Below, one piece after another: positions 1 through 11,355 of a stretch of 50,409 nucleotides of DNA. The notes under the pieces were generated by a model. The model saw only the letters and a list, made by a program, of their open reading frames with translations, was not told the origin of the DNA and made no database searches. The position numbers were made by a program, and so were the translations under genes. The stretch covers positions 1-50,409 of the forward strand of contig CAVWCX010000009.1 in NCBI GenBank assembly GCA_963753595.1, read 5' to 3'. Each line of letters opens with the position of its first letter. Within the stretch, counting starts at the first letter, position 1. This DNA is from Candidatus Methanoperedenaceae archaeon (GTDB lineage Archaea > Halobacteriota > Methanosarcinia > Methanosarcinales > Methanoperedenaceae).

Positions 1-2672
1 GCATGGAAGAACGGATGTCCATAACCAACAGACGCTGTGGTAAAGCCTACAAGACGGGCAAGCACTCCCGCTGATGTATGGGGGGCCAGTCCTATCACTA
101 ATTTCCCGATCAGGTCATCTATCTTATCGATATTATAATAAGATTCAACTTTATAATATCTCGTTAAAAGGTCATCTATGAATCGCGCGGTTTTTAAAAG
201 ATATTCAGCGCAATCCTTTGAAACAACAATATCCTGCACTTTGAGCTCAAGGATCTGGTTCTCATCAACAAGCGGATTTCCGTAAGTGTCATTAATATAA
301 CCAAGTGCTTTGAATTTCAGGACAGAAACACCGAGTTCTTTGGGTTTTATATGCGTAAGAGGCATATCCGAAAGGTCATATCTCACAGTGCCGTCCTTGA
401 ACATCACAACATCATGCTTTGCCCTGAGCACTCCTTTTTCCAGTGGCTCAGGGGTCTTGTTTTTTGAAGTAAGACCAAGAACACCTTTTGGTTTGTAAAC
501 ATCCCTTTCCCCGACATTATCAAGTGCTTTCTGGTATTCTGATATGAAATCAATATCCATTTCAATGACAGAAGTAGTCTCTTTTTTGCATTTCGGGCAG
601 ATGGTTTTTTCGACTTCAATCCCGCATGACTCACATTTAAGAAGCGGATGAGTGAATTTTCCGCATGTGCACCTGTTCTTGAAAGTCCTGTTCTTACATG
701 CCGGACATATGCGGCTTCCGATCTGGACGTTTATTGTCCCGACTTTTCCTTTCTGGTATGTCAGTCCTGTCTGGAACTCACTGCTCTTGAATTCATTCTT
801 TTTGTCTTTGTCAATATCGTCATCATCCACGAAATCTTTTACATCTACAAGGGAGCGTCTTTTGCCTCCGGCTCCACCGATCGGGAAAAGCACATGCGGA
901 GCAGGTTTCATTTCACGTTTATCAGATTTCTCAGGGCGTCCCATACGTGCACCGATCCTGATAGGAGCGCGGGCCCGGATGGTTATTCCGCTTACTTTTG
1001 AGACCATATCCAGGATATTGGATTCAGTATTTGTCCAGTTCTTTTTAAAAGTTGTATCAAGGCCAAGACATCTCATCAGGGGAAGCGGTTCATCAATGAA
1101 AACAAGCTTCTCACGAACTATATGAGGAACAAGCAGGACTTCAAGGATGGTTTTTATTTTGTCATCGATCGGAAATGAAAGTTTATCAGAATATTTTCCA
1201 TTTATCCTGATATATTCAGACAATTGGGAAAACTCATCAATTGAAATATCATGCCAGAGATATGTATATTTTGGATGCAGCGGCACCTTATAAGTATCTG
1301 AAAATAAGAGCGCTTTTTCAGCATTGGGATTTTTCAGATCATTCAGTTCCTTTATTGATGTTTTTGCAGCAAGCTCCTGGAGCCACCATTCATAGCAATA
1401 GGATGAGGGAACAAGCGGATGGTTATTCTCAAGAAAATCCCCGAAATTTATCAATATCTCCCCTATATCAAGGATCTGCTGTACTGACGGCCGTATTTTT
1501 TTTGCTTCTTCTTCAGTCCTGATACTCAGTACATCACCATTGAACAGGCGCACGGTAGGGCCGTCAATTGTGTCTACAGGAGCTATGCCTGCGGCTTTTC
1601 CTGGCCTCTCGACTTTTATCTGGGTGCCGGCGGCAATAAAATCATCCATCAATACCATCGTGGCTGGACTGATACCAGCAGCTGCAAAACTCGTGTTCCT
1701 TCCCCTGCCATACCGCAGGCGAAAACCGCCAGGTCTTGAGGGGTATGAAAAAACGGGTCGCCCTGCGATCAGATCCTGCAGGTACTTATCCCTGGGTTTT
1801 AGCTGGGCCGATGCATCATCAGTTTTTACAGTGACTACGAATTTATCAAGCCAGTCCCATCCTTCGAGTTTGAGTTTATCAACATGCTTTTTCACCTTTG
1901 GCGCCTTGAGAGCAATGCCTTCAGCAATGACAAGTGCCATGCCGCCCCTTATCCTGTTCGTCTCTATTCGCGGGAGGTCGCGCCGCCCTTCGACTTCGGC
2001 TTCCTCTGTGGGTTCACCATCAATGCATATAGGGCAGTTCCTGACTATAAGGCGGATCTCATCATCGGATGGAAGATACTGCAAATTCGCTACGCGCCTG
2101 TATGCTGTTATCTCTTCAACATATCGCTCAACTTCCTCGGGTCGGGGAACAAAACGTGCGATCCCCAGGTTTGCGCGCACATAATCGGCAGCCAGCACTG
2201 ACAACGCCTGCGCAGTACCCCCGGCACTCCTTATCGGGCCTGCATAATATATCCTGATATAATCGGTACCGTCATCGTTTTTTGCCAGGTCTATCTTGGC
2301 GATACCTTCTATGGGTGCCGCCACTACGCCTTCCGTAAGGACAGCCATTGCAACTCTCACAGCAGCTTCAATGGCATCCCTGTTCGATTCAAAAGTTTTT
2401 ATCTCACCCTTGGCTACAGCGATTGCTACCTGGAGCGCCGCTTCCTCACGCGACATAGTGGTTTCAAGTTCCCTCAGCTTTTTTGCGACGCCCTCGATGG
2501 ATAGGAGTTTTTCGACCCTGTCGGCAAGGTCTTTTGCAATTGGTATTTCAATCGCCGGAGTCGGGTCGGCGCCGTTTGCGCGAGCGCGGTTGGCTACCTC
2601 GATAGCTCGGTTAAGCTCTGTTTCAAGAGTATTAAAATAAACAAGCATTTCTGCGCTTGCAGCGAATTTCAT
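1..2672 (-). CDS. polC: DNA polymerase D large subunit DP2 (5' part; runs off the left edge)
   Basis: Missing from the ORF track because there is no stop in the window. ATG at 2672 gives [37 protein letters not shown]...[13 protein letters not shown]. The same frame reads [17 protein letters not shown]...GYGHPFFH at the window edge. Both are DP2 signatures. Intermediate codons were not all checked. Confidence 0.95.
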   Translation of the reverse strand, partial: MKFAASAEMLVYFNTLETELNRAIEVANRARANGADPTPAIEIPIAKDLADRVEKLLSIEGVAKKLRELETTMSREEAALQVAIAVAKGEIKTFESNRDAIEAAVRVAMAVLTEGVVAAPIEGIAKIDLAKNDDGTDYIRIYYAGPIRSAGGTAQALSVLAADYVRANLGIARFVPRPEEVERYVEEITAYRRVANLQYLPSDDEIRLIVRNCPICIDGEPTEEAEVEGRRDLPRIETNRIRGGMALVIAEGIALKAPKVKKHVDKLKLEGWDWLDKFVVTVKTDDASAQLKPRDKYLQDLIAGRPVFSYPSRPGGFRLRYGRGRNTSFAAAGISPATMVLMDDFIAAGTQIKVERPGKAAGIAPVDTIDGPTVRLFNGDVLSIRTEEEAKKIRPSVQQILDIGEILINFGDFLENNHPLVPSSYCYEWWLQELAAKTSIKELNDLKNPNAEKALLFSDTYKVPLHPKYTYLWHDISIDEFSQLSEYIRINGKYSDKLSFPIDDKIKTILEVLLVPHIVREKLVFIDEPLPLMRCLGLDTTFKKNWTNTESNILDMVSKVSGITIRARAPIRIGARMGRPEKSDKREMKPAPHVLFPIGGAGGKRRSLVDVKDFVDDDDIDKDKKNEFKSSEFQTGLTYQKGKVGTINVQIGSRICPACKNRTFKNRCTCGKFTHPLLKCESCGIEVEKTICPKCKKETTSVIEMDIDFISEYQKALDNVGERDVYKPKGVLGLTSKNKTPEPLEKGVLRAKHDVVMFKDGTVRYDLSDMPLTHIKPKELGVSVLKFKALGYINDTYGNPLVDENQILELKVQDIVVSKDCAEYLLKTARFIDDLLTRYYKVESYYNIDKIDDLIGKLVIGLAPHTSAGVLARLVGFTTASVGYGHPFFH

Positions 2673-2778
2673 TTATGGGTGCTCCATATGACTATTACAA
2701 GTGGAGTTCGTACCAGTTCGTTCTAGTTCGCAATTGAAAATCTGGTTAGTAATAATAAAACGATTTAACCAAACAACA

Positions 2779-2810
2779 AATCTGCGTTTACCTGCGTTCA
2801 TCTGCGGTTC
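2779..2810 (-). repeat. Dispersed 32-bp element with a 10-bp internal period (AACGCAGATG), copy 1
   Basis: The reverse complement GAACCGCAGATGAACGCAGGTAAACGCAGATT matches 34236-34267 at 30/32 positions. Confidence 0.85.
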
Positions 2811-3049
2811 TTTACGAACAGATCGAAGCAGATAAAATTTATTTTGTTTGATCAACATTACATGCTGATTTCAGGCTGGAATAAGATAAAGATTGTTATT
2901 GGTCAATAGAAAGTTATTTCTTCTATAAAAACTGTGATATCATGATAATGATACGCATCTTTGCAGCTGTATGTCATCAGGTCATATCAGGAAATAATGT
3001 TGGAATATTGCTGATTTCCCAGGAATTATAATGCCAAAACAATAAGAAC

Positions 3050-5017
3050 ATGAGATGGATATATTTAATCTTAGCCATAATAATTGTATTCCTATTTACG
3101 GTAGATCCAGTACTTGCTGATGATTGTGAGGATCTCAATGAACAAAAAATTTGCTGGGATACCGGCATCAGTGCCACACTGAGCTGGACAAACTCCCGGA
3201 CTACATCAGGTGGATATCTGATAGAGGCAAGGGATTTTGACTGGATGGGCTCTATTTCTGTCAGAGTAACAAAAAACGGGATAACAAAAGAAGGAGTGTT
3301 ATCCGAAGGTGAATATTATTTTTTCGATTTTTCCGATAACTCTACTTTTAATGGGATAAAAATAATTGCAGACCAGGTTTCAAATATTAATTCGTTTCCA
3401 TCAAATATAGGAACATTTCCATCAGATCCACAGGCAAAAATTTCATTCAAGCTATCTATCCCTGAAAAGAAAATACCCACTCTAGAAATATCGACATCTA
3501 CAGAAAGGGAAAACGAATCATATCCTGAAATTAAAGCTAATATAGACCTTCAAAATTCAGGAGATTCAGACCTTATAGAAACGCAAGTCAGGATAATCTA
3601 TGAAGGTCTTGAAGTTATGAATGAATTTGATTATAAAGAGGGGGCATTGAACGAAGTAACTGCATCAGGCCATGAAATCAAATGGGTTGATTTCAGTTCA
3701 TATAAACTTACACCAGAAAATCCTGGTTTTATAAAGAATGGATATAATGTAAGGGTTTTGAATTTTTCAAATAAAACCGCCGTAATAAATACCAGCTACA
3801 ATGGATCAATTAAAAGTGATGTACTAATGGAAGATGGTTCTATAACATTTGGTTATACCATGGAAAATGAATATACGGGAATAAAAATACTTGGGACCCA
3901 TATTTCAAATGAAGCAGCAGAATTGATTTTGCAGGTCCCTGTAAAAAATAGCCTGAAGCGAAGATATCCAGTTATCTTTGCGGGAAGCAATGAATCCATA
4001 AAACTGGGATTTAAAATACCGGCATCTCCAAGAAAAACTTATACAATATCAGCGGAAGCAAGTGCAAAAGACAGGGAAGGAAATAGTTACATAAAAAGCG
4101 TATCCAATAGAATTACTTTGCAGAATACCTTCAATATAAAAAAAATCACTTCAAACTCGATCCTTGGAGAGAATCTATATCATGGATATTCAAGAGTTGG
4201 AAATATTGGAACTCTTAAAAATATTTCATATATTACTATCAGTGTAGTTAATCTTCAGAATTATCCTGTGCATAATGTAAAACTCAGGGACACAATTTCG
4301 CCGGGTTTTAATTTTACAGATGACTTGAACAGGACTTCTCTCTCCTGGAATTTCGATATGAATGCGAGTGATCATAAAGAATTTACTTATGCGATCACAG
4401 CAAAACAGCAGGGAATATATAATATTCCAAAAGCAGAGCTTACCTGGAGTGAATGGGGAGAAACTTTCCGTTTGGAATCAAATGCCCCAAGAACATCCGT
4501 ATCAGGCCCATATATCGTTATGGAAAGGAGTTTTAATAAAAGTAATTTTAAAATTGGTGATACTCTTTTAGTTTCTCTTTCAATGACCAACACTGGTGAT
4601 ATGCCAACAAATATCTTTGTTAATGATAGTGTACCTCAAAATGCAACATTCATTTCAGGCACGTTATCTTTTTCCGGTTTCTTAAGACCACGTGAGAATG
4701 TCCTGATCATCTATTCAATCATGGTCAATGATAATATAATTGATTTTAAAGCTCCTGAAATGATATCAAAAAACAAGGGATTTGAATGGTATAAGCCTCT
4801 TCAGTCTATAAAAATTTCAGGTCTATCTCCCGTACCGACAGCTATTCCAACAATTGTCCCTGTTGTGATTTTAAATAGTCCGGAACAGGTACCTGAACAA
4901 GTTCCTGGTAAGGGAATTGTCGAGCCGGTAAATGAGGGATTTCCCTGGCTTGAGGGGGCAATTTCGATAATTACACTATTTTCCGGAATTCTCCTGTTCC
5001 TGAATAGGAAAAAATAA
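3050..5017 (+). CDS. Secreted, membrane-anchored surface (S-layer/BatD/DUF11-like) protein
   Basis: Signal peptide, many N-x-S/T sequons, and two DUF11-like repeats (VVNLQNYPVHNVKLRDTISPGF / MTNTGDMPTNIFVNDSVPQNATF). Ends in a Pro/Thr linker, a TM helix and RKK. Confidence 0.75.
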   Translation: MRWIYLILAIIIVFLFTVDPVLADDCEDLNEQKICWDTGISATLSWTNSRTTSGGYLIEARDFDWMGSISVRVTKNGITKEGVLSEGEYYFFDFSDNSTFNGIKIIADQVSNINSFPSNIGTFPSDPQAKISFKLSIPEKKIPTLEISTSTERENESYPEIKANIDLQNSGDSDLIETQVRIIYEGLEVMNEFDYKEGALNEVTASGHEIKWVDFSSYKLTPENPGFIKNGYNVRVLNFSNKTAVINTSYNGSIKSDVLMEDGSITFGYTMENEYTGIKILGTHISNEAAELILQVPVKNSLKRRYPVIFAGSNESIKLGFKIPASPRKTYTISAEASAKDREGNSYIKSVSNRITLQNTFNIKKITSNSILGENLYHGYSRVGNIGTLKNISYITISVVNLQNYPVHNVKLRDTISPGFNFTDDLNRTSLSWNFDMNASDHKEFTYAITAKQQGIYNIPKAELTWSEWGETFRLESNAPRTSVSGPYIVMERSFNKSNFKIGDTLLVSLSMTNTGDMPTNIFVNDSVPQNATFISGTLSFSGFLRPRENVLIIYSIMVNDNIIDFKAPEMISKNKGFEWYKPLQSIKISGLSPVPTAIPTIVPVVILNSPEQVPEQVPGKGIVEPVNEGFPWLEGAISIITLFSGILLFLNRKK

Positions 5018-5066
5018 TTAAGAACCTGTGAAAAATGAAGTGATCACAGGTATTTTTAAAACCGCA

Positions 5067-6410
<1,344 letters not shown>

Positions 6411-6473
6411 GTTCTATCTCCTTGTATTTGTTCATTATCTTACTTATAATCACGTTAGTATATAAAAAAAAGC

Positions 6474-7256
6474 TCATGTTTTTGATTTTCTCAAATCCAC
6501 GACTTCATAGTTAAGCCCTTCGGACTCAAGCCTGTTAAGCAGGCCTGGTACTTCCTCATCAACCGAAACCACAAGCGATGACAGGCCGTGATAAGCAGCT
6601 TCAACCACGGATTCTTTTGCACCGAAAAGAATGTTCGGTTTGATATTGATCTTGCGAAGGGATACGAGAGCCTCAACCCCTATTGCTGCAATATACGGCT
6701 TTTCCTGCGATCGTTTCTTTAACATATCATAATCCAGGTCCCGTGAGCCGCCTTTTTCCACGCGCGGGACTTTGCAGATAGTTATATTGACAGGTGGAAA
6801 ACTTATCATCCCTTTTAATTCTGTTACTCCTACATCCTCTCCTTCATCTGCATCAGAAATTGTGACTCCGGTAACGTCCCCGTCTTTCCCTGCATATAAT
6901 AGACCGTTTTCCATCATCAGTGAAACCGATTCTCCACGGGAAAGCTTAACTCTTGCGATAGCAGTAGCCACGGATATGTGGCTTACGATATCTTCCATGA
7001 CAAAACGGGCATATTTCTTTAACTCTATCGCCCTTTCAAGAACCCATTCAATACCGTTCTTTGTAACATGATAGCGCACGCGCCCATCAGAATCCAGGAA
7101 TCCTTCCGACACCAGGTCTTTTATATATTCTGAAACCGCCTGGGGTGTTATGCCTATCCTGCCAGCGATCTCCTTTTGCATGACATCGGGCTGGTGCGCC
7201 GCGATTTCAACAAGGATCTGGAATCGGGTTATTTCTTTTTTGCTCCGCAATATCAT
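6474..7256 (-). CDS. Winged-helix (MarR/Crp-like) transcriptional regulator, COG1497-like
   Basis: N-terminal HTH (QKEIAGRIGITPQAVSEYIKDL) followed by a conserved archaeal C-terminal domain. Overlaps the upstream gene by ATGA. Confidence 0.75.
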   Translation of the reverse strand: MILRSKKEITRFQILVEIAAHQPDVMQKEIAGRIGITPQAVSEYIKDLVSEGFLDSDGRVRYHVTKNGIEWVLERAIELKKYARFVMEDIVSHISVATAIARVKLSRGESVSLMMENGLLYAGKDGDVTGVTISDADEGEDVGVTELKGMISFPPVNITICKVPRVEKGGSRDLDYDMLKKRSQEKPYIAAIGVEALVSLRKINIKPNILFGAKESVVEAAYHGLSSLVVSVDEEVPGLLNRLESEGLNYEVVDLRKSKT

Positions 7257-7762
7257 TCGGTTTCCCCGAATATCTCAATCCTTTGCCCTTTAACTGTAAG
7301 GATCGGAGAACGTCGTGCAACAGCACGGATGTACATAATGCTCTTATCAATAACTCTCTGGAGGCCGTTCATTGACTGGTTCCCGGCTTTTACTTCCTTT
7401 TCTATCAGATCAAGATAGTCGCGTAATTCGCTGTCACTCTTGAACGTGACCATTATCATATCGCTTAAATCTTCAACTGAGCACTCAAAATTGACCTGTA
7501 CTCTTGAATAAGATGAATGAAATTCTTTTTCAGGTTTTTGTCCTGGCTGTGGCATTCTCCATTTACTTTCAACAAATCCGCTTTTTTTCAAAATACTAAG
7601 ACTTTCAGTCGGGTCAAAACCAACTTCTTTTTCGATCTCATCAATGGCTTTCCAGCCCGTCTGGATGCAATCAAAAACTTTCTTGTGGGACTCAATACCA
7701 AAGGCGCGTAAAAGCGGAACAATATCTGAAGGTTCATTAATAATTCGAATTCTTTTTCCCAT
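7253..7762 (-). CDS. ArsR-like archaeal regulator (conserved in methanogens)
   Basis: IINEPSDIVPLL and LKKSGFVESKWRMPQPGQKPEKEFHSSY motifs, recognised from memory. Confidence 0.7.
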   Translation of the reverse strand: MGKRIRIINEPSDIVPLLRAFGIESHKKVFDCIQTGWKAIDEIEKEVGFDPTESLSILKKSGFVESKWRMPQPGQKPEKEFHSSYSRVQVNFECSVEDLSDMIMVTFKSDSELRDYLDLIEKEVKAGNQSMNGLQRVIDKSIMYIRAVARRSPILTVKGQRIEIFGETE

Positions 7763-7824
7763 GTATGATCTCTCTTTATAGCAGCCTATATTTGTTTTAT
7801 AAAAGGATAAATGTTTTGAAGAAA

Positions 7825-8337
7825 CTATATACCATTAAATATATTTATTCCTACTGTGAGGAGAGTCATCACGACACCCGCTATCAAAACACCGGCAAAT
7901 ATTGCCAGAAAAGCATTCCTGAACTTGAATCCAAAAATAAATGCAGCTGCACAACCTGTCCATGCTCCTGTAGCTGGTAAAGGTACGCCCACAAATATCG
8001 CAAGTCCGATCGAGCCGTATTTTTCAAAGCTTTCACTATGCTTTCTATGGGTCCTTTCAAAAAGCCAGGTAAAATATCTGTCCCAGGTTTTCCAACGGCG
8101 CAAATAGTTCGATACCGGTTCAAGATAAAGGAGAAGAGGAATAACTGGCAGCATATTGCCAATTACTGCAAAAGAAAAGGCTGAAACAGGATCCATCCCG
8201 AATCCATAGGGGGGTTTCAAAATCGCTATTGGTATCGCAAGCCTCAATTCCGCTACTGGAAGAGCGGCCATAATTATGACCGCAAGCCAGGGGGGGATCG
8301 AACTGAAAATATCCAGAAGATATGCTTCAAGTGTCAT
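7825..8337 (-). CDS. Small multidrug export-type membrane protein (COG2426)
   Basis: LPVAELRLAIP and FVGVPLPATGAWTG motifs; hydrophobic. Confidence 0.8.
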   Translation of the reverse strand: MTLEAYLLDIFSSIPPWLAVIIMAALPVAELRLAIPIAILKPPYGFGMDPVSAFSFAVIGNMLPVIPLLLYLEPVSNYLRRWKTWDRYFTWLFERTHRKHSESFEKYGSIGLAIFVGVPLPATGAWTGCAAAFIFGFKFRNAFLAIFAGVLIAGVVMTLLTVGINIFNGI

Positions 8338-9296
8338 TTTTTAGAACCACACAGGATAAAGTGTGCGATCAGTGCCTCAAGCTGGATACGCTCATTAGCT
8401 CCTTCCGCCATCCGAAAATCGATCTCACCAATGCGGTCTATCAGATCGACTTTAAGCTTGTCAGGGATCTGCATATCAAACATGGCACGGAATATCTGTC
8501 CAATGATATCCTCACCCGAAAGCCCCTGCTCGATCAACAAATAATCAAGTTTTGCGCGGGCTTTCATGAAATTCCCATCAAGTGCAAGTTTTATCAATTC
8601 AATGACCTCTTCGGGTTTTGCGGTAGAAGTGGTCTTATAAATAGCGTCAAGATCAACGGTCTTATCAAGCATTGCAGCCGCCTGCAGGGCATTAATGGCG
8701 CGCCTCATATCCCCTGCTGCCACATATCGTATGGCTTCCAGGCCGTCATCTGTCAGCGTTACACCCTCTATTTTGGCGATCTGCTTCACCCTTTCCTCAA
8801 CCGCTGCGCTTGATATGGGTTTGAACCTGTAAACTGCGCATCGCGACTGGATGGGTTCGATTATTTTTGATGAATAGTTGCAGGATAGAATAAACCGGCA
8901 GGAACTTGTATATTTTTCCATTGTCCTCCGTAGCGCGGATTGTGCATCAGAAGTAAGCGCATCGGCCTCATCAAGGAATATTATCTTGAATTCCGCTTCA
9001 CCTAGCGGCGCAGTTCTTGCGAAGTTCTTTATCTTTGTCCTCACAACATCAATGCCGCGTTCATCACTGGCATTCAGCTCGGTGAAATTGTTTAACCAGC
9101 CCTCTCCGAAAAGTTCCCGCGCCACGCATATTGCCGAGGCTGTTTTCCCGACGCCGGGAGGCCCCGAGAAAAGAAGGTGCGGTAGATTCCTTGACTGGAC
9201 ATAGGATTTAAGGCGCTTTATTACTTCGACCTGCCCCACAACATCTTCAAGTTTTTTTGGACGATATTTCTCGATCCAGATTTCCTCTTTTATCAT
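8334..9296 (-). CDS. rfcS: Replication factor C small subunit
   Basis: WIEKYRP, GPPGVGKT, ELNASDERGID, DEAD and SRC motifs; 320 aa, no intein. Confidence 0.97.
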   Translation of the reverse strand: MIKEEIWIEKYRPKKLEDVVGQVEVIKRLKSYVQSRNLPHLLFSGPPGVGKTASAICVARELFGEGWLNNFTELNASDERGIDVVRTKIKNFARTAPLGEAEFKIIFLDEADALTSDAQSALRRTMEKYTSSCRFILSCNYSSKIIEPIQSRCAVYRFKPISSAAVEERVKQIAKIEGVTLTDDGLEAIRYVAAGDMRRAINALQAAAMLDKTVDLDAIYKTTSTAKPEEVIELIKLALDGNFMKARAKLDYLLIEQGLSGEDIIGQIFRAMFDMQIPDKLKVDLIDRIGEIDFRMAEGANERIQLEALIAHFILCGSKK

Positions 9297-9417
9297 TCCA
9301 ACCTTATTAAGAAGAAGGTATTATTTAAGTTTCCTGTATGGGTTTACAGCTTTTTTCACGCACTTTTAAATAAGAAGATTACAAATTACACTTATAGTAT
9401 AAGAGTGAGGTTTGTTC

Positions 9418-9550
9418 ATGAAACTGTATGAATGGCAGGTGAAATCGGGGGAACTGCGGAAGAGGAAGCCATTGACTTCATAAAAAAGATGAGATCACTG
9501 TGGCAAAAAGCCCTTCAGATATTGTGCAACTGGTAAAGAATAGCTTATAG
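9418..9550 (+). pseudogene. Collapsed relic of a succinyl-CoA synthetase sucC-sucD operon
   Basis: GAGG RBS followed by MKLYEWQ (SucC-like start), then GEIGGTAEEEAIDFIKKM and ITVAKSPSDIVQLVKNSL* (SucD-like), joined across frame breaks. Confidence 0.75.
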
Positions 9551-9560
9551 TTCAGCAAGG

Positions 9561-9570
9561 TTTTTATCTA
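9561..9570 (+). promoter_or_regulatory. TATA-box candidate for tRNA-Pro
   Basis: TTTTTATCTA about 30 bp upstream of the tRNA 5' end. Confidence 0.5.
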
Positions 9571-9596
9571 ATAAGGCTGTTATTGAGACGCCCCAC

Positions 9597-9671
9597 GGGA
9601 TAGTAGGGTAGCCTGGTCCATCCTTGAGCGTTTGGGACGCTTAGACCGCGGTTCAAATCCGCGCTATCCCA
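9597..9671 (+). tRNA. tRNA-Pro (TGG), no intron, CCA not encoded
   Basis: Acceptor stem GGGATAG/CTATCCC plus A; anticodon arm GAGCG-TTTGGGA-CGCTT; T arm CGCGG-TTCAAAT-CCGCG; T-rich tract downstream. Confidence 0.95.
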
Positions 9672-9834
9672 TTTACTTTTTTTATATAATTTTTAAATTA
9701 TATTTTAATGTGACACTTTTGTCACAACTGTTCTTAATATATTGTGCATTCAAACCATCATTTGAATCAAGATTATTTGACACATTGTATCACCATAATG
9801 AAAAATCAATTTCCATATAAAACCATCATAATTT

Positions 9835-10740
9835 ATGAACGACAAACATCCCATACACACAACCATAAGTACCGAATCATTAAGGATACTTGAACGTTAC
9901 GAGAAAGAACTTGGCGCGAAGAACACAGTACTTGAGCGCGCACTTCTTGGGATGGATAAACTGCGTTTCAAGGAAAAAGTAGATTCTTACACTATCAGCA
10001 AATTGATAAAAAGGGTAACTGTTGGGGTACCTGGTGTTGATGCTTTGATGGAAGGCGGAATACCAGAGGGCTTTGTAGTCGTAGTGACCGGTCCTCCTGG
10101 CACGGGAAAAACCACTTTTTCATTGCAGTATCTGATGGAAGGTTTAAAAAAGGACGAACGATGTATTTTCTTTTCATTCGAAGAGAAAGTGGACCATATC
10201 ATAAAGCAGTCCATCAGGTTTGGATGGGACATAGGTGAATATATCGATAAGGGTTACCTGGAAATTTTCGGGTTCACGATGCTTTCAACTGAAGAGATCA
10301 TTGAAATAATCAATGTTTTCAAGCCGAAACGAATTGTTTTTGATTCCCTCAACACTTTTTTCGATATACATGAGTTCCGAAGGTCATCCCAGTGGAGAAG
10401 TATCTTAAAAGAAATAAGGGAGAAGAAAATAACATGTCTTGCGATCACTGAAAAAAGACATGGCCTTGAAGTAAAAGAATATGATGAATTTGATTTCATG
10501 GGGGATGGCGTTATATTTTTCGACAAAAACCAGAGGTATGATCTGGATCCATATCCCACATATTATATCCAGATCCAGAAATTGCGAATTACCAAAATAA
10601 ATGAAATGCCGCACCCGTTCATATTTACAGGGCATGGGCTGGAACTTATAGGCAATAAGGGACTCTCGAAAATATTCGGGGAGACTCTATCTAAAAAAAA
10701 CTCCAATAACGGATGCTTCCATAAAGCCTTATGTTATTGA
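9835..10740 (+). CDS. RAD55/KaiC-like single-domain ATPase with N-terminal extension
   Basis: GVPGVDALMEGGIP, GPPGTGKT, FEE, RIVFDS and QKLR motifs. Confidence 0.88.
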   Translation: MNDKHPIHTTISTESLRILERYEKELGAKNTVLERALLGMDKLRFKEKVDSYTISKLIKRVTVGVPGVDALMEGGIPEGFVVVVTGPPGTGKTTFSLQYLMEGLKKDERCIFFSFEEKVDHIIKQSIRFGWDIGEYIDKGYLEIFGFTMLSTEEIIEIINVFKPKRIVFDSLNTFFDIHEFRRSSQWRSILKEIREKKITCLAITEKRHGLEVKEYDEFDFMGDGVIFFDKNQRYDLDPYPTYYIQIQKLRITKINEMPHPFIFTGHGLELIGNKGLSKIFGETLSKKNSNNGCFHKALCY

Positions 10741-10756
10741 TTCTGCCTGAACATTT

Positions 10757-11251
10757 CTACATTATTTTTGCTTCTATTTTCTCAGCGAGCGCGGTAAGAT
10801 GCCCTGGATTATCGGGAATATCTTTTTTGTATTTGGCGCTGACCGCAGCAAAAACATTATTTTTGAAAAACAGGAGATTATATGTGATCCCCTCTGAATC
10901 CTTTTTCATCAGCATGAGAGACGATTCACCGACGGTTTTTGTTATCACAGGCTTCCCATATCCATTATGTTTCAAATATCTGACATCGGCTTCATAAGCC
11001 TTTTTTGCCCCTTCATTATCCTGGTATGTTGTAATCACCTGTATGATCGTGTCCTTCTTATCCTTTAATAGACAGCTAAAACATCCTTCTGAGAAACCCC
11101 ATTTCTTAAGGTCACCCGTTGTTGCATAATTAAAGCATAATTCAGGCTCTGTTGAAAGCGTGCATACATTTTCATATACTGTTTCTGTTTTTTCTCCTGC
11201 CTCAGCCTGGGTCAGGGCGATATCGATCGAACGTCCCTTCATGTTTTGCAA
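10757..11251 (-). CDS. Hypothetical protein
   Basis: 164-aa ORF with protein-like composition filling the gap between genes; no family recognised. Confidence 0.55.
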   Translation of the reverse strand: MQNMKGRSIDIALTQAEAGEKTETVYENVCTLSTEPELCFNYATTGDLKKWGFSEGCFSCLLKDKKDTIIQVITTYQDNEGAKKAYEADVRYLKHNGYGKPVITKTVGESSLMLMKKDSEGITYNLLFFKNNVFAAVSAKYKKDIPDNPGHLTALAEKIEAKIM

Positions 11252-11355
11252 TAAATGCGCAGGTTGGATATGAAAGTATCGAATCTTAATAGATAGAATA
11301 AAATAGATAGAATTACCTATTAAAGTTGAATATCGTTTAGTAGAGGAGATGTATT

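Noticed and set aside
310-2640. Plus-strand ORFs up to 214 aa
   Set aside because: They are antisense shadows of polC; the same applies to most short ORFs opposite long genes.
1-2672. Intein in DP2
   Set aside because: The 890 codons up to HPFFH are about normal length. The usual insertion site (RRN/CDGDED) lies just outside the window and cannot be assessed.
9597-9671. tRNA-Pro as an integration site
   Set aside because: No duplicated tRNA 3' end and no integrase seen in the window.
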